Notes: generated from the sequence alone by a model not told the origin. DNA of 25,823 bases from an uncultured Saprospiraceae bacterium (GCA_964579315.1 CAZOHX010000001.1:1-25823); one strand, 5' to 3'; counted from the first letter of the stretch, positions 1-9,740 are shown. Numbers and translations: made by a program.

Positions 1-2043
1 GTCTTATACTATACAGGTATAAGTCATAAGATTGGGGAAGTACATGATGGTGCTGCAACAATGGATTGGATGGAGCAAGAGCAAGAGCGTGGAATCACAA
101 TCACTTCTGCTGCAACTAAGACTACTTGGATTTGGGATGGTCAAGAGTATGATATCAATATTATTGATACTCCTGGTCACGTTGATTTTACTGTAGAAGT
201 AGAACGTTCTTTAAGAGTGTTAGATGGTGTGGTGGCTTTATTCTGTGCAGTTTCTGGGGTTGAGCCTCAATCTGAAACAGTTTGGAGACAAGCAGATAGA
301 TATAAAGTGCCTAGAATTGGTTTTGTAAACAAAATGGATAGATCAGGTGCTGACTTCTTTACGGTTGTAAATGACGTTAAAGATAAATTAGGTGCAAATG
401 CAGTGCCTTTACAAATTCCAATTGGGGCGGAAGAAACATTCGTTGGAGTGGTTGACTTAGTCACCAATGAAGCAATTATTTGGAATGATGAAGATAAAGG
501 AATGACTTATGAAGTTGTTCCTATTCCTGAAGATTTAGTAGATGTTGTCGCTGAATATAGAGAAAAATTGTTTGAAGCTGTTGCTGAATATGATGATGCT
601 TTGATGGAGAAATTCTTTGAAGATCCAGAGTCAATTACTGTAGATGAAGTAAGAGCAGCGGTTAGAGCGGCTGTTATAGATATGAGTATGACTCCAATGA
701 TGTGTGGTTCTGCTTTTAAAAACAAAGGAGTACAAGCCGTGTTAGATGCAGTTTGTTTATATATGCCTTCTCCTTTAGATATTGAAGCAATTGAAGGTAT
801 TGATCCAAATACTGAAGAGCCGCTTTTAAGAAAGCCTTCTGAAGATGAACCGTTTTCAGCTTTGGTTTTTAAAATTGCAACAGATCCATATGTAGGACGT
901 TTGGCATTTTTCCGTACTTATTCTGGTACTTTGGATGCAGGTTCTTATGTATTGAATACAAGAACAGACAAAAAGGAGCGTGTTTCTCGAATATATCAAA
1001 TGCATTCTAATAAGCAAAATGCAATTCCTGGTGTAAGAGTTGGAGATATTGCTGCAGCAGTTGGATTTAAAGATTTAAGAACGGGAGATACAATTTGTGA
1101 TTTAGCTCATCCTATTGTCTTGGAAAGTATGACTTTCCCCGAGCCTGTAATTGGTATTTCTATTGAGCCTAAAACTCAAAAGGATTTAGATAAATTGGGA
1201 ATGTCATTAGCTAAATTAGCAGAAGAAGATCCTACTTTTAAAGTGAGATTTGATGAAGAATCTAACCAAACCATTATTAGTGGTATGGGAGAGCTTCACT
1301 TAGAGATTATTGTCGATAGATTGAAAAGAGAGTTTGGTGTGGATTGTAATCAAGGAAAACCACAAGTGAGTTACCGAGAGGCATTAACACAGAGCGTAGA
1401 ACATAGAGAACGTTTGAAAAAACAATCTGGTGGATCTGGACTTTTTGCAGATATGGAATTTGAATTAGGACCTGCAGATGAAGAATTTTTAGAATCGGAA
1501 GATTTTACTTCTGGTAAAGAAAAACTTCAGTTTGAGTGGGCAATCGTTGGGGGAGCAATTGATAAAAATTATGTGAAGCCAATTAAAGATGGATTTAGAG
1601 CCATGATGACCAATGGTATTTTAGCTGGATACAATATTGATAGTATGAAGGTTAGAGTATTTGACGGATCAATGCATAGTGTGGATTCAAAACCAATTGC
1701 CTTCGAACTTTGTGCTAAGGAAGGATTTAGAGCTGCTGCCAAATCTTGTAAACCAGTGTTGATGGAGCCAATTATGAAATTGGAAGTTATTTCTCCTGAT
1801 GAATATGTTGGTTCTGTGATTGGTGACTTGAATAGAAGACGTGGATTGCCAAAGGGACAAGAAACTAGAACAGGTGGTGTTATCGCTATTCAAGCGGATG
1901 TACCTTTGTCTGAAATGTTTGGGTATGTTACAGAATTGAGAACAATTACAGCGGGTAGAGCAAGTTCTACTATGGAGTTCTCTCATTATAGTCCAGTTCC
2001 AAAAGGATTGGCTAAAGAAATTATTGAAGAAGCAAATAGTTAA
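1..2043 (+). CDS. fusA: Elongation factor G (5'-truncated by the window edge)
   Basis: Frame is open from position 1 ([34 protein letters not shown]). Motifs [19 protein letters not shown] and GMGELHLEI are present. The true start lies upstream of the window. Confidence 0.99.
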   Translation, partial: VLYYTGISHKIGEVHDGAATMDWMEQEQERGITITSAATKTTWIWDGQEYDINIIDTPGHVDFTVEVERSLRVLDGVVALFCAVSGVEPQSETVWRQADRYKVPRIGFVNKMDRSGADFFTVVNDVKDKLGANAVPLQIPIGAEETFVGVVDLVTNEAIIWNDEDKGMTYEVVPIPEDLVDVVAEYREKLFEAVAEYDDALMEKFFEDPESITVDEVRAAVRAAVIDMSMTPMMCGSAFKNKGVQAVLDAVCLYMPSPLDIEAIEGIDPNTEEPLLRKPSEDEPFSALVFKIATDPYVGRLAFFRTYSGTLDAGSYVLNTRTDKKERVSRIYQMHSNKQNAIPGVRVGDIAAAVGFKDLRTGDTICDLAHPIVLESMTFPEPVIGISIEPKTQKDLDKLGMSLAKLAEEDPTFKVRFDEESNQTIISGMGELHLEIIVDRLKREFGVDCNQGKPQVSYREALTQSVEHRERLKKQSGGSGLFADMEFELGPADEEFLESEDFTSGKEKLQFEWAIVGGAIDKNYVKPIKDGFRAMMTNGILAGYNIDSMKVRVFDGSMHSVDSKPIAFELCAKEGFRAAAKSCKPVLMEPIMKLEVISPDEYVGSVIGDLNRRRGLPKGQETRTGGVIAIQADVPLSEMFGYVTELRTITAGRASSTMEFSHYSPVPKGLAKEIIEEANS

Positions 2044-2051
2044 AAGAATAC

Positions 2052-2086
2052 AATAGATAGTTACCATCTTGATGGTGCTATCTATT
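2052..2086 (+). terminator. Long stem-loop between fusA and rpsJ (weak terminator, or processing/stability hairpin)
   Basis: AATAGATAG-T-TACCAT-CTTG-ATGGTG-CTATCTATT gives about 15 bp with one bulged T and one T.G pair. The tail (TATATTATT) is only moderately T-rich. Confidence 0.55.
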
Positions 2087-2115
2087 TATATTATTAATAA
2101 AGTATAAACTGGGAT

Positions 2116-2424
2116 ATGAATCAGAAAATTAGAATCAAACTTCGTTCTTACGACCATAATTTGGTAGATAAATCAACGGAGAAAATTGTGAAGACTGTAC
2201 GTAATAGTGGTGCAGTTGTCGCAGGACCGATTCCTCTGCCCACGGAGAAAAAAATATTTACTGTGCTTAAATCACCGCACGTCAATAAGAAATCTCGTGA
2301 GCAGTTTCAATTAAGAATTCACAAAAGATTGATTGAAATTTTTACGCCAACTCAAAAGACTGTAGATGCATTGTCTAAGTTAGAGTTGCCGAGCGGGGTG
2401 GATATTCAAGTCAAATTGACGTAA
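2116..2424 (+). CDS. rpsJ: 30S ribosomal protein S10
   Basis: [33 protein letters not shown]. Confidence 0.99.
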   Translation: MNQKIRIKLRSYDHNLVDKSTEKIVKTVRNSGAVVAGPIPLPTEKKIFTVLKSPHVNKKSREQFQLRIHKRLIEIFTPTQKTVDALSKLELPSGVDIQVKLT

Positions 2425-2453
2425 TATATCTCTTCTTTGTGGATTTTTTTTAT

Positions 2454-2461
2454 TACTTTCG
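2454..2461 (+). promoter_or_regulatory. Putative Bacteroidota -7 promoter element (variant) upstream of rplC
   Basis: TACTTTCG has one mismatch to TAnnTTTG and lies in a 151-nt spacer. The nearest TTTG (2436-2439) is only 14 nt away, so the -33 element is not canonical. Confidence 0.5.
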
Positions 2462-2575
2462 TGCTGCTTTTAAAAAGTGCACTACTAGGAAGTAGTAAAT
2501 CGAGTTAAATTTAATTTATAGGATTTTGACTTTTTTTAATAAAAGTCTTGTCTTTAATTTATAAAACTAATTATC
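2462..2575 (+). promoter_or_regulatory. Structured rplC 5' leader, candidate r-protein autoregulatory leader
   Basis: Stem-loops at 2466-2478 (GCTTTTAAAAAGT), 2481-2496 (ACTACT-AGGA-AGTAGT) and 2528-2547 (GACTTTT-TTTAAT-AAAAGTC), followed by a GTG start. Confidence 0.45.
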
Positions 2576-3232
2576 GTGAACGGATTAATTGGTAGAAAAT
2601 TAGGTATGACCAGTATCTTTACAGATGATGGTAAGCAAGTTGCTTGTACTATTGTGGAAATGGGACCATGCGTGATTACCCAAGTTAAAACTACAGAAAC
2701 TGATGGCTATAATGCTTTGCAGTTAGCTTTTGAAGATGCAAAAGAAAAAAATGTTTCCAAGCAATTGGTTGGGCATTTTAAAAAAGCAAATACAACTGCT
2801 AAAAAGAAAGTAGTGGAGTTTAGAAATTTTGATCTTGATGGTCTTATAGTGCCAGAAGGTGCTGACCCTGTAGCAAAGGGTCTTGGAGATACATTGTCTG
2901 TTGATGATGTATTTGCAAAAGGAGATTATGTGGATGTAACAGGTACCTCAAAAGGAAAAGGTTTTCAGGGAGTTGTTAAAAGATACAACTTTAAAGGGGT
3001 AAATGATGCAACTCACGGTCAACATAATAGACAACGAGCTCCAGGATCAATCGGTGCCGCTTCTTATCCTGCAAAAGTATTTAAAGGAATGAGAATGGCA
3101 GGTAGAACTGGTGGAACTAGAATAAGAATCACTAACTTAGAAGTAATTGATGTTTTGAGTGAAAAAAATCTAATTTTAGTGAAAGGTGCAATTCCAGGAC
3201 ATAAGGGTGCTTATGTTATAATTGAGAAATAA
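2576..3232 (+). CDS. rplC: 50S ribosomal protein L3 (GTG start)
   Basis: [44 protein letters not shown]. Confidence 0.99.
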   Translation: MNGLIGRKLGMTSIFTDDGKQVACTIVEMGPCVITQVKTTETDGYNALQLAFEDAKEKNVSKQLVGHFKKANTTAKKKVVEFRNFDLDGLIVPEGADPVAKGLGDTLSVDDVFAKGDYVDVTGTSKGKGFQGVVKRYNFKGVNDATHGQHNRQRAPGSIGAASYPAKVFKGMRMAGRTGGTRIRITNLEVIDVLSEKNLILVKGAIPGHKGAYVIIEK

Positions 3233-3262
3233 ATTCAAGAAGAATAAAGAAAATTTATTATA

Positions 3263-3889
3263 ATGAAACTTGATGTTTTTAATATAAACGGCGAAAAAAC
3301 AGGAAAATCAATTGAGCTCCCAGAAGATATCTTCGGTATTGAGCCTAATGAACATACTGTATATTTAGCGGTTAAGCAATATCTTGCAAATCAAAGACAA
3401 GGTACTCATAAGTCTAAAGAAAGAGGAGAAATCCAAGGTTCTAGAAAGAAAATTAAAAGGCAAAAGGGTACTGGTACTGCAAGAGCAGGAGATATTAAAT
3501 CTCCAGTATTTCGTGGCGGTGGACGTGTTTTTGGACCAAGACCACGAACTTATGGTATTAAATTAAATAAAAAAGTAAGAGCTTTAGCTCGTAAATCTGC
3601 TTTAAGTGCTAAAATGGCTGAAGGTAAAATTATGATTATTGAAGATTTTACTTTCGATGCTCCTAAAACTAAGCAGTTTGTTAGTATTGTAAACAATTTG
3701 AGCTTAGGTGATACAAGAGCTTTGTTCGTAACTGGTGGCTATGATAAGACCTTATATCTTTCTAGTCGTAATTGTCCAAAAGCTTCAGTAATGAATGCAA
3801 AGGATATTAATACTTACGAAATCTTAAAATCAAGTTCTTTAGTTTTTGCCGAATCTAGTATTCAAGCAATGAAAGAAATGTTTTCATAA
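3263..3889 (+). CDS. rplD: 50S ribosomal protein L4
   Basis: RQGTHKSKERGE, RQKGTGTARAG, RGGGRVFGPRPR. Confidence 0.99.
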   Translation: MKLDVFNINGEKTGKSIELPEDIFGIEPNEHTVYLAVKQYLANQRQGTHKSKERGEIQGSRKKIKRQKGTGTARAGDIKSPVFRGGGRVFGPRPRTYGIKLNKKVRALARKSALSAKMAEGKIMIIEDFTFDAPKTKQFVSIVNNLSLGDTRALFVTGGYDKTLYLSSRNCPKASVMNAKDINTYEILKSSSLVFAESSIQAMKEMFS

Positions 3890-3919
3890 TTATTCCTTTT
3901 GGAATGAAAGTATATTGAA

Positions 3920-4222
3920 ATGAAAAAGAGAATTTTAATTAAGGCATTATTTACAGAAAAAACTGAAAAGTTGACCGATAAATTTGGTAAATATACTTTT
4001 GTAGTTAATAAAGATGCAAATAAAATTGAAATAAAAAAAGCAGTTGAAGATACCTATAATGTAGGTGTTAAAAAAGTGAATACACTGATTATGCCTGGTA
4101 AAAGCAAGGTGCGTAATACTAAAACTGGTTTGGTTAAAGGAAAAACTTCCTCATTTAAAAAGGCTATAATAACCTTGAATGAAGGTGAAGAATTAGACTT
4201 CTTCGGAAGTGATGAAGAATAA
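3920..4222 (+). CDS. rplW: 50S ribosomal protein L23
   Basis: TEKTEKL, KYTFVVNKDANKIEIKKAVE, KKAIITL; expected position between rplD and rplB. Confidence 0.98.
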   Translation: MKKRILIKALFTEKTEKLTDKFGKYTFVVNKDANKIEIKKAVEDTYNVGVKKVNTLIMPGKSKVRNTKTGLVKGKTSSFKKAIITLNEGEELDFFGSDEE

Positions 4223-4260
4223 TTAACAGCTTTTGCTGATAACTATAAATTTTTTGTAAA

Positions 4261-5088
4261 ATGGCAGTTAAAAAGTTTAGTCCGGTAACTCCCGGTTTAA
4301 GACATAAGGTAGCAAATACTTTTGCTGAGATTACTGAAAGTAAACCAGAGAAAAGTTTGTTGGCTCCGTTGAAAAAAACGGGTGGTAGAAATAAAACGGG
4401 TAAAATGACACACCGTAATAGAGGTGGTGGGCATAAGAGAAGATACCGTATAATGGATTTTAAAAGAAATAAGGATGGAATGACTGCAACAGTTAAATCT
4501 ATCCAATATGATCCAAATCGTACTGCTTTTATCGCTTTGTTGGAGTATCAAGATGGTACTAAAACTTATATTATCGCTCCAGATGGTTTGCAAGTAGGTA
4601 CTGATGTGATTTCTGGATTAGGTGCACCTATAAAAGTAGGAAATACTTTATTCTTGAGCGAGATTCCTTTTGGTACTGTAATTCATGCAATTGAAATGCA
4701 ACCAGGAAGAGGAGCTAGTATAGCAAGAAGTGCTGGTACTTATGCTACCTTAATGGGGCGAGAAGATAAGTATGCTATTGTGAAATTGCCTTCTGGTGAA
4801 GTTAGAAAGATTCTTTCTACTTGTAGAGCAACTATTGGTTCTACTTCAAATGGAGATCATAGTTTGGAAATTTCTGGAAAGGCGGGAAGATCAAGATGGA
4901 AAGGAAGAAGACCAAGAGTAAGAGGGGTTGCAATGAATCCGGTGGATCACCCAATGGGTGGTGGTGAAGGTAAGGCTTCAGGGGGACATCCTAGATCACG
5001 TACTGGTATCATGGCAAAAGGACAGAAAACTAGAAATCCGAATAAGTATTCAAATAGATTGATAGTTACCAAAAGAAAGAAAAAATAA
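4261..5088 (+). CDS. rplB: 50S ribosomal protein L2
   Basis: [42 protein letters not shown]. Confidence 0.99.
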   Translation: MAVKKFSPVTPGLRHKVANTFAEITESKPEKSLLAPLKKTGGRNKTGKMTHRNRGGGHKRRYRIMDFKRNKDGMTATVKSIQYDPNRTAFIALLEYQDGTKTYIIAPDGLQVGTDVISGLGAPIKVGNTLFLSEIPFGTVIHAIEMQPGRGASIARSAGTYATLMGREDKYAIVKLPSGEVRKILSTCRATIGSTSNGDHSLEISGKAGRSRWKGRRPRVRGVAMNPVDHPMGGGEGKASGGHPRSRTGIMAKGQKTRNPNKYSNRLIVTKRKKK

Positions 5089-5118
5089 TTTTTAAAGCAT
5101 AATTTTAATATAAAAATA

Positions 5119-5388
5119 ATGGCTCGATCAATTAAGAAAGGACCTTATGTATTCCACAAATTAATTAAGAAGGTGGAGGCTGCACAAGAATCAGGTAAAA
5201 AAAGTGTAATCAAGACTTGGTCAAGAAGTTCTATGATTTATCCAGGTATGGTGGGTTTAACGATTGCTGTACACAATGGAAAAACTTTTGTTCCTGTTTT
5301 CGTAACTGAAAATATGGTGGGGCATAAATTAGGAGAATTTTCACCGACTCGTAACTTTAGAGGTCACGGTGGTGGTAAGAAGAAATAA
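5119..5388 (+). CDS. rpsS: 30S ribosomal protein S19
   Basis: [34 protein letters not shown]. Confidence 0.99.
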   Translation: MARSIKKGPYVFHKLIKKVEAAQESGKKSVIKTWSRSSMIYPGMVGLTIAVHNGKTFVPVFVTENMVGHKLGEFSPTRNFRGHGGGKKK

Positions 5389-5436
5389 TAATAATTTTTA
5401 AATAGGGGTTTTTCCCTAGTATAAAAGTATAATAAA

Positions 5437-5832
5437 ATGGAAGCAGTAGCTAAGCTGAAAAATTGTCCAATGTCTCCTCGTAAAATGAGATTGATGGTGG
5501 ATTTAATTCGTGGTAAAAATGTGACAGAAGCTTTAGATATTCTAAAATTTTCAAAGAAGGAAGCTAGTATTTTGTTAGAAAAACTTCTCCTTTCTGCAAT
5601 CGCAAACTGGGAATATAAAAATGATAATGTTTACGAAGCAGATGATTTTGATTTGTATGTTAAAACTGCATTTTCTGATGGAGGTACTTCTTTAAAAAGA
5701 TTTAGACCAGCACCGCATGGTAGAGCTCATAGAATTCGTAAAAGAACTAACCATGTTACTTTGGTAGTTGAAAATAGAGTTAATATCGATGCAGAAGTAT
5801 CTTCTAATGAAGCTGCTGCTGTTGAAGAATAA
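5437..5832 (+). CDS. rplV: 50S ribosomal protein L22
   Basis: [35 protein letters not shown]. Confidence 0.99.
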   Translation: MEAVAKLKNCPMSPRKMRLMVDLIRGKNVTEALDILKFSKKEASILLEKLLLSAIANWEYKNDNVYEADDFDLYVKTAFSDGGTSLKRFRPAPHGRAHRIRKRTNHVTLVVENRVNIDAEVSSNEAAAVEE

Positions 5833-5862
5833 AAAAATTGAAAGTAATTTAAAATAATTAAA

Positions 5863-6594
5863 ATGGGTCAAAAGACAAATCCAATTGGTAATCGTTTAGG
5901 TATCATCCGTGGCTGGGATTCAAACTGGTTTAGTGGTACAAAGGCTTATGCTGAAAATATCGTCGAAGACGAAAATATTAGAAGATATCTGAAGGCAAGA
6001 ATTAATCAAGGTGGTATTTCTAAAATTGCTATTGAAAGAACCTTGAAAAGAATTACCATTACCATTCATACTTCTAGACCTGGTATTATTATAGGTAGAG
6101 GAGGTGCAGAAGTGGATAGAATCAAGGCAGAAGTCAAGAAAATTTCTGGATCTGATGTTCAAATTAACATCATTGAAATCCGAAAGCCTGAAATGGATGC
6201 TAATATTGTGGGTGAGTCTATTGCAAGACAAATTGAAGGGAGAATAAGTTATAAGAGAGCTATTAAAATGGCTATTCAAGCTTGTCGTCGTTCAGGAGGT
6301 GAAGGTATTAAGGTGAGAGTTTCTGGTAGATTGAATGGAGCAGAGATGGCTAGGTCTGAAGAGTTTAAAGAAGGAAGAACTCCTTTGCATACTTTTAGAG
6401 CGGATATAGATTATGCTTTGGTTGAAGCACTTACGATTTATGGAAAAATTGGAATTAAAGTGTGGATTTATAAAGGCGAAGTTTTAGGGAAAAGAGATCT
6501 TTCGCCTAACGTCGGAAATAAAAATGATAAGAAGAGAGGTAGAGGAAATGATAGAAGAAATAATGATAGACGTAGAAATAATCGTCGTAGTTAG
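5863..6594 (+). CDS. rpsC: 30S ribosomal protein S3
   Basis: [47 protein letters not shown]; N/D/R-rich C-terminal tail. Confidence 0.99.
   Translation: MGQKTNPIGNRLGIIRGWDSNWFSGTKAYAENIVEDENIRRYLKARINQGGISKIAIERTLKRITITIHTSRPGIIIGRGGAEVDRIKAEVKKISGSDVQINIIEIRKPEMDANIVGESIARQIEGRISYKRAIKMAIQACRRSGGEGIKVRVSGRLNGAEMARSEEFKEGRTPLHTFRADIDYALVEALTIYGKIGIKVWIYKGEVLGKRDLSPNVGNKNDKKRGRGNDRRNNDRRRNNRRS
6523..6591 (+). repeat. Degenerate in-frame tandem repeat encoding the NDRR-like tail of S3
   Basis: AATGATAAGAAGAGA (6523), AATGATAGAAGAAAT (6547-6561), AATGATAGACGTAGAAAT (6562-6579), AATCGTCGTAGT (6580-6591). Confidence 0.5.
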
Positions 6595-6622
6595 ACTTTT
6601 AAATAAAATTATTGTACCTTTG
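6591..6622 (+). promoter_or_regulatory. Putative internal Bacteroidota promoter upstream of rplP
   Basis: Perfect -7 element TACCTTTG at 6615-6622, followed by C. TTAG at 6591-6594 (one mismatch to TTTG, includes the rpsC stop codon) sits exactly 20 nt upstream. Confidence 0.7.
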
Positions 6623-6678
6623 CCAAGCTTTTTGAAAAAAGCATAAGTTGAAAGGTCGAAATCATAAATAATTAAGTA

Positions 6679-7092
6679 ATGTTACAGCCGAAAAGGACTA
6701 AATATCGTAAAATGCAAAAAGGTAGAAATACTGGACTTGCATATAGAGGAAGCAGTATTTCTTTTGGATCATTTGGATTGAAATCAATGGAATTTGGTAT
6801 GATTACAAATAGACAAATTGAAGCTGCACGTATCGCGATGACTAGATATATGAAGAGAGAAGGTAAAGTTTGGATAAGAATCTTTCCTGATAAGCCAATG
6901 ACTTCTAAGCCTGCTGAAGTGCGGATGGGTAAAGGTAAGGGAGCTTTGGATCATTATGTGGCACCTGTTCAACCAGGAAGAATTATGTTCGAAATGGATG
7001 GTGTACCTTTTGAAACTGCTAAAGAGGCGTTGAGATTGGCAGCTCAAAAATTACCAGTGCTTACTAAGTTTGTTGTAAGACGTGATTATTAA
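6679..7092 (+). CDS. rplP: 50S ribosomal protein L16
   Basis: [44 protein letters not shown]. Confidence 0.99.
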   Translation: MLQPKRTKYRKMQKGRNTGLAYRGSSISFGSFGLKSMEFGMITNRQIEAARIAMTRYMKREGKVWIRIFPDKPMTSKPAEVRMGKGKGALDHYVAPVQPGRIMFEMDGVPFETAKEALRLAAQKLPVLTKFVVRRDY

Positions 7093-7123
7093 TAATTTGA
7101 CAAGTACATTTTAATTTAGAATA

Positions 7124-7384
7124 ATGGCATCAAAAAAAAATATAGAACTCCATAATTTGTCTGTGGATGATTTGAATGGAATCTTACTAGAGAGAGAAAA
7201 AGAGTATCTTGAAGATAAATTTGATCATGCAATGGACGGATTACAAAATCCTCTTGAATTAAGAGAATCTAGACGTGATATTGCTCGTATAAAAACAGAA
7301 CTAAGACGTAGAGAATTAGCGGAAGCTACTGAAGACGAATTGGCTGGACGATCAAAAATTCGTCGAAGAAGAAGAAAAAAATAA
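7124..7384 (+). CDS. rpmC: 50S ribosomal protein L29 with C-terminal extension
   Basis: LQNPLELRESRRDIARIKTEL core; position between rplP and rpsQ; 86 aa. Confidence 0.95.
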   Translation: MASKKNIELHNLSVDDLNGILLEREKEYLEDKFDHAMDGLQNPLELRESRRDIARIKTELRRRELAEATEDELAGRSKIRRRRRKK

Positions 7385-7415
7385 TAATAGATAATAATTC
7401 TAAATTTAGTTGCTA

Positions 7416-7667
7416 ATGGCATCAAATAGAAAAACAAGAGTTGGGGTAGTTACTAGTGATAAAATGGATAAAACCATTACGGTAACCGTCGAAAGAAAAT
7501 TGAGACACCCTATGTACGGGAAATTTGTGAAGAAACATAAAAAATTCACCGCTCATGATGAAGCTAATTCATGTAATGAAGGTGATTTGGTTAAAATTGT
7601 TGAATCACGTCCTCTAAGTAAAAAGAAAAGATGGAGATTGCTTGAAGTAATCGAAAAAGCAAAATAA
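7416..7667 (+). CDS. rpsQ: 30S ribosomal protein S17
   Basis: [35 protein letters not shown] at 7416 is preferred over the TTG at 7410 given in the ORF track. Confidence 0.99.
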   Translation: MASNRKTRVGVVTSDKMDKTITVTVERKLRHPMYGKFVKKHKKFTAHDEANSCNEGDLVKIVESRPLSKKKRWRLLEVIEKAK

Positions 7668-7713
7668 GTTTTGACTTATTTAAAATTATTGCAAAATATT
7701 TAAATAAAAGATT

Positions 7714-8079
7714 ATGATACAGCAGGAAACAAGGCTAAAAGTTGCAGATAATAGCGGTGCAAAAGAAGTGCTTTGTATAAAAGTATTAGGTGGCTCTAAG
7801 CGTAGATATGCATCTGTGGGTGATACTATCGTTGTAACTGTTAAACAGGCTACTCCTAACGGTGTTAAAAAAGGTACTGTTTCGAAAGCTATTGTTGTAC
7901 GAACAAAACAGGCAATTCGAAGAAAAGATGGTTCTTATATTCGTTTCGACGACAATGCCGTAGTATTACTTAATGCTTCTTTGGATCCAATCGGAACACG
8001 TGTGTTTGGACCTGTTGCTAGAGAGTTAAGAGAGAAAGATTATATGAAAATTGTTTCATTGGCACCAGAAGTGCTTTAG
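7714..8079 (+). CDS. rplN: 50S ribosomal protein L14
   Basis: [44 protein letters not shown]. Confidence 0.99.
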   Translation: MIQQETRLKVADNSGAKEVLCIKVLGGSKRRYASVGDTIVVTVKQATPNGVKKGTVSKAIVVRTKQAIRRKDGSYIRFDDNAVVLLNASLDPIGTRVFGPVARELREKDYMKIVSLAPEVL

Positions 8080-8091
8080 AAAATCATTGGG

Positions 8092-8436
8092 ATGTCAAAA
8101 AATACAAATAGTAAGCGATTTGCTCCAAAATTTAAAATTAGAAAAGACGATATGGTTATCGTTATCGCTGGAGCGGACAAAGGCAAAGAAGGTAAAGTGT
8201 TGGAAGTGATTCCTTCCAAAAACCGAGCCGTTGTTGAAGGTGTTAATGTTAGAAAAAAGCACATGAAACCATCAGAAAATAGTGAAGGTGGTATTATGGA
8301 TATAACTTTATCTGTGCATATTTCTAATCTTATGTTGGTTGATCCTAAATCAGGTGAACCTACAAGAGTTGGAAGAAAATTGGTGGACGGTAAAATCGTT
8401 CGTTATTCTAAAAAATCTGGAGAAATTATAAAATAA
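8092..8436 (+). CDS. rplX: 50S ribosomal protein L24
   Basis: [20 protein letters not shown] (KOW motif), VVEGVN, HISNLML. Confidence 0.99.
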   Translation: MSKNTNSKRFAPKFKIRKDDMVIVIAGADKGKEGKVLEVIPSKNRAVVEGVNVRKKHMKPSENSEGGIMDITLSVHISNLMLVDPKSGEPTRVGRKLVDGKIVRYSKKSGEIIK

Positions 8437-8990
8437 TGAGTTACGTACCAAGATTTAAAGTTAAATATGATAAGGAGGTTGTTCCTAAATTGATGGAACA
8501 GTTTCAATATAAATCCTCAATGCAAGTGCCTAAATTGGTTAAAATTTCTTTAAACCAAGGTGTAGGTGATGCCACTCAAGATAAAAAATTAGTAGATACT
8601 GCTGTTGCTGAAATGACAACAATTGCAGGTCAAAAGGCTGTGCCAACTGTGGCAAGAAAGTCTGTTTCTAACTTTAAGTTGAGAGAAGGAATGAATATTG
8701 GAGCAAAAGTTACTTTAAGAAAAGAAAGAATGTATGAATTTCTGGATAGATTAGTTACTGTAGCTTTACCTCGAGTAAGAGATTTCAGAGGTATCAATGA
8801 TAGAAGTTTTGACGGGCGAGGAAATTATTCCTTCGGTGTTCAAGAGCATATTATCTTTCCTGAAATTGATTTAGATAAAGTGAGTCGTATCACAGGTATG
8901 AATATTACGTTTGTGACTACTGCAAATACAGATGCGGAAGCTTTGGCTTTATTAAAGGCTTTAGGAATTCCTTTTAAAAATCAGAAATAA
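8436..8990 (+). CDS. rplE: 50S ribosomal protein L5
   Basis: [43 protein letters not shown]. The ATG overlaps the rplX stop (TAATG). Confidence 0.99.
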   Translation: MSYVPRFKVKYDKEVVPKLMEQFQYKSSMQVPKLVKISLNQGVGDATQDKKLVDTAVAEMTTIAGQKAVPTVARKSVSNFKLREGMNIGAKVTLRKERMYEFLDRLVTVALPRVRDFRGINDRSFDGRGNYSFGVQEHIIFPEIDLDKVSRITGMNITFVTTANTDAEALALLKALGIPFKNQK

Positions 8991-9007
8991 TTAAATAGCA
9001 ATATATC

Positions 9008-9277
9008 ATGGCTAGAAAAGCAATTATCGCTAGAGAGCGAAAAAGAGAAAAAATGGTCGCTAAATATGCAGAGTTAAGAAAACAGCTTAAAGAAGCTGGT
9101 GATTGGGATGCATTAGATAAGTTACCTCGAAACTCAAACAAAATTAGATTACATAATAGATGTAAACTAACAGGAAGACCAAAGGGGTATATGAGAATGT
9201 TTGGCATCTCTAGGGTAACTTTTAGAGAAATGGCATTGGCAGGGAAAATCCCCGGTGTAACAAAAGCTAGCTGGTAA
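9008..9277 (+). CDS. rpsN: 30S ribosomal protein S14 (89-aa, Zn-independent type)
   Basis: [38 protein letters not shown]; only one Cys. Confidence 0.99.
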   Translation: MARKAIIARERKREKMVAKYAELRKQLKEAGDWDALDKLPRNSNKIRLHNRCKLTGRPKGYMRMFGISRVTFREMALAGKIPGVTKASW

Positions 9278-9309
9278 TTTATTAAATAAGAAAATTAAAA
9301 CTGAAACTG

Positions 9310-9714
9310 ATGGTAGTTACAGATCCAATTGCAGACTATCTTACTAGAATTCGTAATGCCCAAATGGCAAATAAGAGAGTAGTTGAGATTCCAACGTCTA
9401 AAATGAAAAAACATATTACTGAGATTTTATATGATCAAGGTTTTATTTATAGATACAAATTTGATGATTCTGTTCCAAATAGGGGAATTATTAAAATTGC
9501 TTTGAAGTACGATTCTACTACTAAGGAACCTGTTATTAAAAAATTGGGAAGAATTAGTAAGTCTGGATTAAGAAAGTATGCAAAGGCAACTGAAATTCCT
9601 AGAATTATTAATGGTTTGGGATTATGTATTGTTTCTACATCAAAGGGCTTAATGTCAGATAAACAAGCTAGAAAAGAAAATTTAGGTGGTGAATTATTGT
9701 GTTACGTTTACTAG
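9310..9714 (+). CDS. rpsH: 30S ribosomal protein S8
   Basis: TDPIADYLTRIRNA, NGLGLCIVSTSKGLM, GGELLCYV. Confidence 0.99.
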   Translation: MVVTDPIADYLTRIRNAQMANKRVVEIPTSKMKKHITEILYDQGFIYRYKFDDSVPNRGIIKIALKYDSTTKEPVIKKLGRISKSGLRKYAKATEIPRIINGLGLCIVSTSKGLMSDKQARKENLGGELLCYVY

Positions 9715-9740
9715 AATTTACCTATAAAATTATATAAGTT

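Noticed and set aside
2043-2116. Absence of tuf between fusA and rpsJ
   Set aside because: This is the usual Bacteroidota arrangement, with tuf elsewhere; it is not a deletion.
3904-3918. Mini-ORF ATG AAA GTA TAT TGA ending 1 nt before the rplW start
   Set aside because: Four codons in AT-rich DNA are expected by chance, and there is no independent evidence of translation.
5054-5071. GATAGTTACCA at the end of rplB matches the 5' arm of the post-fusA hairpin
   Set aside because: It is coding sequence (LIVT) and has no downstream GTGCT arm to pair with, so it is treated as coincidence.
6523-6594. NDRR-type repeats in the S3 tail as a novel repeat system
   Set aside because: Low-complexity basic tails on S3 are common and variable. 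The repeat is short and degenerate.
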